In this document: positions 54,311-64,000 of the stretch, in pieces
Position numbering within the stretch: the stretch's first letter is position 1
Layout of the letters: every line of letters begins with the position of its first letter
From: Octopus sinensis
Taxonomy: Eukaryota
Length of the DNA stretch: 64,000 nt
Reading direction: 5' to 3'
Assembly: GCF_006345805.1 (NCBI RefSeq)
Contig: NC_043005.1
Coordinates: 17,980,001 to 18,044,000 of the forward strand
Notes under the pieces: generated by a model
What the model was told of the DNA's origin: nothing
Seen by the model: the letters and a program-made list of their open reading frames with translations, nothing else
Databases searched by the model: none
Translations under genes and position numbers: made by a program

Positions 54311-54465
54311 CGACAGGCTTCTTTCAGTTTCCATCTACCAAATCCACTCACAAGGCATTGGTCGGCCTGGGGCTTTTATAGCAGAAGACACTTGCCCAAG
54401 ATGCCACGCAGTGGGACTGAACCCGGAACCATGTGGTTGGTTAGCAAGCTACTTACCACATAGCC
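54025..54465 (-). mobile_element. SINE family A
   Basis: Reverse complement of the 83-479 family. Confidence 0.88.
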
Positions 54466-56493
54466 AGTGTATTTACTTCTTAAATTTTGGTTTTGTACCG
54501 TGATTCGTGTATAGTTTCCTTAATTAATCTTCTATTTATGTGGAAGATTCCTGTAGTATTTTTCCAATTTCGTTTTGTAGCATGTAGTGTAATATTGTGC
54601 AGTATTTCCATATTAGAGATGCATGATGATTCTACGTGAGACTATTGTACTACCCTATGCAATGTAACAGCCAGTATCCTGAAGTTCGCAACTTTCCTTT
54701 TTATAATCAAATTTATAGTTCACGTTAGTCGTTCGTAGTTTCATCCTTACAAGTCTTTTTTTCGTCTTGATGTTTTTGTTGTAAACAAACATACCGGGTT
54801 ATGGACTAGCTGTATAGTATTCTGGTTCACCATGTGGCATAGCAACGGTTGTCAGTGTATGGAGGAAAACACACTTTTGGAGTCCCCATCTTAATTAAAA
54901 TGCATGATAGTTCCCAAAACTTTCACCCCTTTCCATGTCACCGTGGTCGAATGCTACTTCTCTTCGTCTTGCCATGACTGTACCACCAATCGATACAGCA
55001 GTTGAGACTTAGAAAAAACAAGAAATCGTTTTACGGAGACTATGTTAAACATAGTAAAAAACAATGTCTCCACGGAGCACTTGTCAAACGGTCGAGCATT
55101 TCAATTTCCACCAAAATTATTAATTAACATTCAAGTCTAATTTGCAACGAATAGAGTTATCGATGACTTTAGAAAATTAAGAACATGGTGCTCTGGATTT
55201 ACGTTGAGAAATAGCCTTTATATAAGTGCTAAATCAATAATTATCGCAGAATACCTGAGGAATGAGTTTCACAAGAATGTAATATAGGCAAAAAATAAAA
55301 ATGATAATTTCAGACTTTCCCGGATTCCCAGCGTTGACGAAGGAACGTCACAGAGGAAGGTAGAATTTAAATGTATTAAATCTGTGAATGTTAAAACGTG
55401 TGATGAGGAGAATACTTGGGTGTTTTTGTATGATGCGTTGATGGTACAAAAATGTCACTTATTCAAATATTTCAAATAAAGATATTACAAAAAGGAAGAA
55501 TGGATAATGAAATTTATATTCATGAGCCATCAGTTAGAAGCCGTCCCCTTAAAATAGTGGAAAGAAAGGGAATAAATTGTAAATTGCTAAAGTGTGGTCC
55601 AAGCATATTGGTAAGCTAATAAAGATACTTACTTTACTAATTTTGAATTTTGCAATCTTCGTTTGGATTCAGACATAAAGAATTGAGCTTATTAAAAGGA
55701 AGTTGGTCAATTGGTGGTAGAGTCAGCTGTATTATGAGGCCTAACTCGTCACTTGCAGCCTTTTAATGTCTCAATCAATAATCCATTTACAGAATTCATG
55801 AATAAGGACTACAACGAAGGGAATCAGGCTTTAGATTTTGAAGTGATAACGGTGGAAAGGTAAAAGGCGCCAACTGTTACACAGGTGTGTAATAAAGTTC
55901 ACGAAATGTAATAAATAAGTGGTTGTAAAATCCTTGAAAATAATGAAGATTTAGATCTCAGAGAATTCCTTTGATGAAAAGAAAGGAGAGAGAGAAAGAG
56001 AAAGAGAGAGAGAGAGGGGAGGAGGGAGATAGAGAAGGTGAGAGAGATATTGAGATAGGAGGAGAAATTAAGGAGAATGAGGGAGAGAGAGAAGAGAAGA
56101 GAAGAGAGAAACTAATATAGTAGGCAGATGTGAGAATGATTATTCGAGCTGTGAAAAGACTGATTCCATAGAAATGATGATTATTACGATTTAATAGATT
56201 TTGCAGATGATGTTTAAATATAGGTGATACATATTTTATCATTAAATCTATTGCTATTTGCGTCTTGCTATATAGCTGAAAAAAAGCTGCTGGGTGACCG
56301 GATCATAAGAAGACTAGGAAAGAATGCCTTGCGTTATTTGTTTCGGCAGTCTATATTCTGGGATCAAGTCTCGCCGATGCCAGCTTTGGTTTTTAATCTT
56401 CCAGGGTCGATAAAAAATGCCAGTCACGAACTCAATTCGATTATTCTTTATCTGCCCGGCTGTCAGTCTCTTTCTCCCCATATACATACATAC

Positions 56494-56526
<33 letters not shown>

Positions 56527-56561
56527 TGTATGTATGTATGTATGAGTGTATGTATGTATGT

Positions 56562-57190
56562 ATGACAAAGCATATCTCTAAAATTGTCAAGAAGGCCGAG
56601 GGTGTCTTGGCATCACTCAGCAAGACTTTTGTTAGCCGCTCTCCAGCCATCTATTTAAAACTGTATACAGCTATGGTACGACCACACTTGGAATTCGCAT
56701 CATCAGTTTGGAACCCCTATCTTGCTCAGAACATTGACCTCCTGGAATCTGTTCAGAGACGTGCAACCAAACGCATACCCTCCATCAGACACCTACCATA
56801 TTCTGAGCGCCTTGTTTCCCTGGGCATGGATTCACTGAAGCTCCGGCGTCTGGCGACGGACTTGGTAAACACCCACAAAGTTGTCAACCACCTCACCAAT
56901 AACAACACTGAACACCTTTTTGATCTCCATGTGTCTAACACACGTGGACATGCCCACAAAGTCAGAAAACAACACAGCTCCCATGACTTTCGGAAACATT
57001 TCTTCACACTCAGAGTTGCTGAAGCATGGAATAAACTGCCTGCGTCAGTTGTTGACTGCCATGACACTGCATTCTTTAAGGCCCTCATGCTTTCCGAAAT
57101 CCGTCAAAACTACACCTGATTATATATACACTTTCGATGAGTTGTAGTGCACCTGAGCACTGTACACAATGTTTATTATTATTATTATTA
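56562..57190 (+). mobile_element. CR1-group LINE 3' fragment (third lineage), open frame to 57119
   Basis: LYTAMVRPHLEFASSVWNPY, LESVQRRATK, RRLATDL, TRGH, FFTLRVAEAWNKLP. 3' UTR hairpin agtgc-acctga-gcact (57146-57161) and (ATT)n tail. Confidence 0.9.
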
Positions 57191-58690
57191 TGAGTGTATG
57201 AATTATGAATGTATGTATTTGCATGTATGTGTGTGTGCGTACATATGTATTCATGTATGTGTATATGTACGTACGTACGTACGTACGCATGTATGTATGT
57301 ATGTATGTATGTATGTATGTATGTATATGTATGTATGTATGTATGCATGTATGTATGAATGTATGAATGTATGTGTGTATGTGTGTGCGCATGCGTGTAT
57401 GCTTGTCTGTGTAATATATAATATGCATTTACAAACCATATTCTCTCTGAATCGGCTACGCTAAACTGTGAGAAGGGGAGACCTTCTTCAGAAATGAAGA
57501 ACGCTTAAGCAAAGGACAAATAACTGAAGATTATAATAGAGAAACTGAGATGCTACTGGATCCGCCCCATATGGATGTTCCCATATGCCATATGTAAGCC
57601 AGAGCGTGGAAACTAAAGATGTAGACTATGTTGTTCACTGAACAACCGGTTTCTGCTTTAACACTTTCAGTTATTTTCCTCATGATACATGCTCAAATCA
57701 CTAGTTCTTAATTTAGCTATTGTGAATTCATAAGTGGGCGGTGAATGTCAAAGTTATGCAACTGGGTCGTTGGATGTTTAGACGGAGCATGATTATTCTT
57801 AGAAATGAAACATTTAGACCAGACACAATACATATATCTTAAATATATTTTCAAAAATCTGTAGAATATGGATACGATCACGTATTATTAATGAACAGAA
57901 ACATGAGTTAGGATGTGCCATAGTCTAACATAATATTATTAGATAAGTTCTATACTTCTTTACAAATCTCCATAAAAATCTTGCACAGAGAGCACCAGCT
58001 AATAGAAAAAAAAGGCAAATACTAAATGGGATAGTATAAAAATATAGATAATAAAGCATTTCGCAAAATTTACTTGTTTGAGAAAAATAATTGCAGAGTT
58101 TTTCGCATAACGTGCGAAGCGGGTGTATGTATAACGCCATTTCTGAAAGATGGGTCTGCGCTACAAATGGTTGAAAATTACCTCTATATAGAACCCTTTA
58201 TAAAATATTTGCATTCTTCTGCTGCATATACTATATCGATATGGATTCATTCACATTTATTATACATTGCTATCTACTTTGTATAATTTTTCACCGATAT
58301 TTTTCTTTTGCGTGAATGAAGCAGTATTTACTTATACCAATGTGCGGCATTTCTTTACATCTGTAGTAAATTTACTTTATTTTCCTTCTAAGGTCAGTAA
58401 TGTTATTATATATGATTTCGCTTTTGTTCCCAGTATATATTGTATTCACATGCACAAAAATCATGTTTTCCTCTCATAACCACTGAAAAACACTTTCAGT
58501 TTATGCATGATGAAACATACTAACATTTTTTTTCTTCTAGAAAATCGCCTGGTAAATTACGACTGCATATTACACACGTCTTGTTCGCCAGTAAATATAT
58601 ATTTGTATATATTTATTGGATATACATATAATTGTGTGTGTTTGTGTGTGTATATGCATATAAGTATGCATATATATAAGTATGTGATTA

Positions 58691-58787
<97 letters not shown>

Positions 58788-58816
58788 GTATACATATCAA
58801 CATCTATATCTATCTA

Positions 58817-58891
<75 letters not shown>

Positions 58892-59357
58892 CCTACTCTC
58901 ATATTTGCCATAACGTTATTTTAGGTATTGAGTTATTTTTACTTTGTAAAGATTATTTGAAAAAAAAAAAGCAATATTTACATGTACACCTTCAGGACGG
59001 ACACGCACAAAATCAGACACACGTCCTCCACATATATTACACGCAGATTGCTCTATTGAACACACCTTTCATCAGCCGTAGACTAGAGATGACAACGATT
59101 TCGATACTTGGCAACGGTGTCATCTCTTTCAGTAATGCCGAGAATCATTTATGCTACCAGAAAACTCCCGAGATCTTAGGCCTAAACTGTAGTACAGTAT
59201 TACCTTCTATTACCCATGCAGCCAATCTGTGTCTTTACAATGGAACTTCTGATTTCAATCGGTTCTTGTTGAACAACGGTGTTAGTGCGTTTTCCGATTA
59301 TCATATCTGACTACGTCCGTCAATAATGACGGCTAATTGTAGTATTTTATATATAAA

Positions 59358-59954
59358 CTAGCAGTATCGCCCGGCGTTGCTCGGGTTTGTAAGGGAAATA
59401 ACTATATAAGCATTTTTAGAGAGTTATAGCCAAAAAATAGCAAAAAAAATGCATTAAAAATGGAAAAAAATTATGGTAAATTTTTTTTTTAATCGTTGAC
59501 TCATCGTAGACATTTTTAGAGAGTTACTTCCCTTATATAATAGCGAAAAAATGCATTAAAATGGAAAAAAATGATGACAATTTTTTTAAAAATCGTAGAC
59601 TCATCGTAGACATTTTTAGAGAGTTACTTCCCTTATATAATAGCGAAAAAATGCATTAAAATGGAAAAAAATGATGAAAATTCTTTTTTCAATCGTAGAC
59701 TCATCGTAGACATTTTTAGAGAGTTACTTCCCTTATATAATAGCGAAAAAATGCATTAAAATGGAAAAAAATGATGATAATTTTTTTTTAAATCGTAGAC
59801 TCATCGTAGACGCGCGCTAATACCCAGAAGGGCTCGATATGAATCACGACTATAAGGTACCCGGTTTTGGTTAAACTGCACCGCAAAATGTGGGAGTAGT
59901 TAGGAATCTAAGTCGTAGGAGACAGACGCACAACTTCTCTTTTATATATAAAGA
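59358..59954 (-). mobile_element. Non-autonomous Helitron with internal 100-bp tandem repeats
   Basis: Minus strand A|TC start (59954) and CTAG|T end (59358), subterminal GC-rich hairpin (plus strand 59370-59385); tcatcgtaga recurs at 59501, 59601, 59701, 59801. Confidence 0.85.
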
Positions 59955-61388
59955 TAAGGTATAAACATTCACATAATTCCCTTGTACACGCACACACATA
60001 CACACATATACTCACACGGATTTGAAACGCTGATTTTTTTCACCCCTTCCTTATTCATCTATCACCCTTCCTTTCTCTCATTGCTATTCCTTACTCTCAC
60101 TCCCTTTCCGTCAGGGCTATTACTCTCACTACTTCTCTTTCACTGAATTACTATTTTCTCTTCTCCTCCGCGTCCGGCCTGATACTGGACAAATATATAA
60201 AAAAACACTACGCTCATTATTATATTAGATGTTACATTCATTCTCATCTATATTATTGTTGCAGCGTTTAACATCAGCATAGTCAAACGTGGTTCTAGCT
60301 TTGTCACAGTTGTTTACTAATAACCTTGAGTTACTATCATAGGTATTATTGCTGTTTAGCTTTTATCAGCTCAACATTTTACTTGACGTTTTACCAATAA
60401 GCACCCCACTTTTATTTCTAGTTATATAATATCCATTGTAATGTTCTCTTTTTTGTATAAGACAGTAAGTGTGAGTTGAGTGAGATTTAGTTGCTAGCAG
60501 GTCGAGTGAGCCCGGAGAGATTCACTATTTGTTTGGGGCTAGGCCTCCGAACCGAAACTTTTTTCCCGAGTGTCGTTGTCGGTGTTGTCGAATCGATAAT
60601 GTGCTTTGAAAATGCTCTTCCTCTCTCAGCCGTCATCGCCACCGCCGCTGTCGCCCTCCCCTACCACCACCACCACAATCCCTCCTGGTACCATTCTGTC
60701 GTTCTTGTTTAATCCCAGATCAACGTCCACGGAGCAGAGCTTTGATCGAAGTCATTCCAAATGTAGCCTATTTGTATATCAAGAAATGCATTATTCAACG
60801 CGTCCATCTTTAACCAAAACACCAATATGGTGTTTTGAAGGAAGTTTGGCTGTTATTTCTCGCAGATATATCAGTCACAGAGAGGCTCTTGCTCTCCCAT
60901 GGTACACTTGTTATCGCAACATCAGTGTTATTACTGTTGTTTTTTTTTTACTTTACCAGTTTATTTATCCTGGCTGTCATCACTGCCTTCGTCGTTGTCA
61001 TTTCCGTAAATATTTGTGGTTTTAGCGTTGTCTCTCTCCTTCATTACTGCTCTTATCATTGATCAGAGTAACTTTTACTTGATAACTGATGTTGCCAATG
61101 TTATAATTAGTAATGTCGTTATCGTGATGGCAGTGATTATTGTTGTTGATACTGCTGCTGCTGTCAAAGTTTGTTTATCAGGAACTACAAAGCAAAACAT
61201 TGCAATATGTGCCAGCATCTGATGCAACGCTCGCTTATCTGTGTACGTATGTATGTATGTATGTAAATGAAATAATGTAAACACGTTCTTTCTACGGTAT
61301 TGATGCGCAGAAGGAAAAAAAAGGAAAGAATTTTCGTGAGGGATCGTTGGCAGTTTGTTGATCCTCCTTCGAAAAAAACTTACTTTTA

Positions 61389-62060
61389 TATCAAGTCATC
61401 CCATAAGTTCTGTCCGATTTTTACCATTTTAAAAATTGAATGAACTTTAATAGTATTTTAGAATGTCTAATGGAATTAAAAATTATTTTTATGCATTTGT
61501 GTACATTTAAACTAATCAAATATTATTTTACAGAATAATAGAATTAAAATTTCTTTGATTAAAACCCTTTCTAACATTGAAGTATCCAAAGAGCATTTGA
61601 GGCACATAATGCTTCAAGAGTACAAAAAAGAAACTCTGCAGTCGAAGCGTCTCGAAACATACACTCAGTTTATGGGAAAGAATGCTTGAATGAAAGAACT
61701 TGAAGAAGATGATTTTCAAAATTCAGAAGTGGAGATTTCAGCCTTGAAGATAAAGATCGAATAGAACGTCCAGTTGAGTTTGATGATAAGCTCCTTGAGG
61801 CATTACTTGAAGAAAATCCTGTATTACCAGTTGAAGAATTGGTAATAAAGCTTAGTTCAAACCATACAACTGTTTATCGTCGTCTTCGACAACTTGGAAA
61901 GGTTCCTGAACTTGGAAAATGGGTGCCTCATGAATTGTCCGAAAGCAACCGCAAATCCCGAGTTGACATCTGCTCTTCTCTTCATTCTCCCGAACTCATT
62001 TCACCCTTTTTGGATAGACATGTTACTGGTGACGAAAAATGGAACTTCCATCATTGTATC
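61389..62060 (+). mobile_element. Mariner transposon, left end and transposase N-terminal half (pseudogene)
   Basis: EVSKEHLRHIML.EYKK, frameshift, NSAVEASRNI.SVYG...T*RR*FSKFRSGDFSLED...GKWVPHELSE...VTGDEKW. Homology ends after the first catalytic Asp. Confidence 0.9.
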
Positions 62061-62145
62061 GCGTGCAGAGGAAGGTGAGGGTATTATACCATTCCCTAAA
62101 CCGGTCTACGTGAGTCAAAATACTTGAAGTTATGGCGAGAGATTG

Positions 62146-62261
62146 TCACAATAAACTGCTACACAGAGTTTCATGTTCCCGTTCGTCGGACAGCTTAGGT
62201 GGATCAATCTATACTGCCCGACGAACGTGGACGTAAAACCCTGAGTAGCAGTTTATTGTGA
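62146..62261. repeat. 48-bp-arm inverted repeat, 20-nt loop
   Basis: tcacaataaactgcta...cgttcgtcggacag (62146-62193) / ctgcccgacgaacg...tagcagtttattgtga (62214-62261). Confidence 0.85.
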
Positions 62262-62451
62262 TATTTTTGAGATGCTTTTGCAGTTTTAATAATAATAAAG
62301 CATATTACCCTACCTCCGGTATTCGAATACTATTTTGTCCCAAATTGTTTCACATTTAAGCGCTTACATTGCTCTCTCTCTCTCTCTCTCTGTATATATA
62401 TATATTATTTCTAAATCTCTCAAAGTGAGATATTCAGTAACAGTTCTTTAA

Positions 62452-62678
62452 AGTAAAGGCTATTTGCCAACACAATGTGGCTGTCGTGGAAGGGACGATT
62501 GTCCCTTCCAGGTGGCAGTACGATACAATATCTCTGTTCTTATATTTTCGACTTAAATATAAGGACACAGATACTGTATCGTACTGCCAGTCGGAAACGA
62601 TGTTTTCTGGGGTCTAATCAATAGTAGCAATCGTCCCTTCTAGGGTAGGGCAGCCACATTATGTTGGCAAATAGCCTT

Positions 62679-62682
<4 letters not shown>
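62452..62682. mobile_element. Nested-palindrome MITE-like element
   Basis: Outer arms 62452-62501 / 62628-62682, inner hairpin 62513-62547 / 62555-62589, plus a small alternative hairpin ggaagggac-gatt-gtcccttcc (62488-62509). Confidence 0.8.
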
Positions 62683-62750
<68 letters not shown>

Positions 62751-63049
62751 GTGTGTATGTGTGTGTGTTTGTATACACGAAGAATTTAATATTAAACTGA
62801 AGCATCACTCAATACTTTATAGTAAAGCACATATTACTTTTTTACAAAGAAAAGGTTGTCAATGACTGCAAAGTTTCAATTTACCAACCGTCATCACACA
62901 CCCTACCTTTTCCTTCAAAACACACTCACACACAAATGTAATTTAATAAAATGATATATCCCTCATCATCATCATTGTTATAATGCAACAGCTGTTTTGC
63001 TTCTCTTTCTTCTACTTCTCCTCTTATTCATTTTCTCTCTCTCTCAGTC

Positions 63050-63330
63050 TTCCGACTATTCTGTCAGTCCTGCTTATCCTCAAGGCTCTATTCTCAGCCC
63101 AACACAATTTCACCTCTATATCAACGTTCTTCCGACCAGTAATCTTCAATTCGTCAACGTTTATGCTGGTGTGGCTACTATTCATCCTGGTTTTCCTGGC
63201 AATTCCTTTCCCTTGAAACGGTTGGAATTTGCTGCTAGTCTTGGGTTGGATCAACACGCTGTTAAGAAATGGGGCGCAAAAGGTTAGTAACCTTCAACCC
63301 TGGTAAGACCAAACCCATGTCTTCCTATCT
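63050..63330 (+). mobile_element. Decayed CR1/Jockey-group LINE RT fragment
   Basis: PQGSILSPT.F.LYIN.L, VYAGVATIH (decayed YADD), KKWG...LVTFNP.KT. Confidence 0.7.
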
Positions 63331-63468
63331 TCCCCCATTTGCATGAATTACAGGTCTGAGGTATCACATTATGAAACAGTCAAGTTTGAGGAAATTCGTT
63401 GGCTATTTTGAATGGGGTGAAGGTGAGGGAAAGATAAAAAACACTAAAAGAACAGCATAGTGACAAAC

Positions 63469-63516
<48 letters not shown>

Positions 63517-63581
63517 TACATATATACATACATTATATATGTATGTATGTATGTATATAATATAACATTTTTTGATTGCCC

Positions 63582-63644
63582 TAATAACTGACGAGATGCC
63601 GGAGTAGTTTTCCACCCCGACATCGGAAACTCGGAGTCTTATTA
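63582..63644 (+). ncRNA. Type I hammerhead ribozyme motif with long stem II
   Basis: UAAUAA CUGACGA GAUG ccggaguaguuuuccaccccga CAUC G GAAAC UC G GA GUC UUAUUA. 6-bp stem I, full core, GUC cleavage triplet, 4-bp self-complementary helix III; one extra G before GAAA. Confidence 0.7.
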
Positions 63645-63769
63645 TTGCAACCGAATAATTGTCACATATTATATTACAGATAAATTCCTCTATTTACATA
63701 ATATTGAGGTTTCAGTCATTCTTTTGCTGTCTCACCATTATTATTAATAAATATATATATATATATATT

Positions 63770-64000
63770 ATACTTGTTTCAGTTATTTGACAGCGGCCAT
63801 GCTGGAGCACCACTTTTAGTCAAATAAATCAACTCCAGGAATTATGCTTTGTAAGCCTAGTACTTATTCTGTCGGTCACATTTTGCCGAACCGCTAACTG
63901 ACGGGGACGTAAACACACCAACATCGGTTGTAGCGATGGTGGGGGACAAACACACACACAAACAACAAGCACATACATATATATGTATATGTACATATAC
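63770..64000 (-). mobile_element. SINE family A, runs off window end
   Basis: Reverse complement of A-family tail and body. Confidence 0.8.

Overview
AT-rich eukaryotic non-coding DNA made almost entirely of transposon debris and microsatellites. No host exon, rRNA, true tRNA gene or CRISPR array can be supported. The SINE families resemble, from memory, those of octopod cephalopods, so the source is probably an Octopus intron or intergenic region (inference, not searched). Protein-level remnants are: a near-intact 5'-truncated CR1-group LINE (3229-5605, one premature stop), three further CR1-group 3' fragments and an RT fragment, a Tx1/L1-group RT, an RTE 3' end, an R4/Dong-type RT plus restriction-like endonuclease, two distinct Penelope-like GIY-YIG endonucleases, a mariner and a maT-type Tc1/mariner transposase. 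Non-autonomous elements include three tRNA-derived SINE families (my labels A, B, C), MITE-like palindromes and a Helitron with exact 100-bp internal repeats. The main unexplained signal is a set of type I hammerhead-ribozyme motifs from at least three sequence families (best at 63582-63644, 22826-22865, 34472-34516, 21831-21866). Some lie next to an inverted copy of their own 3' flank, as expected for Penelope-like termini or retrozyme-like elements. A second signal is two head-to-tail SINE-C arrays with recurring fixed junctions, suggesting the SINE inserts into its own head.
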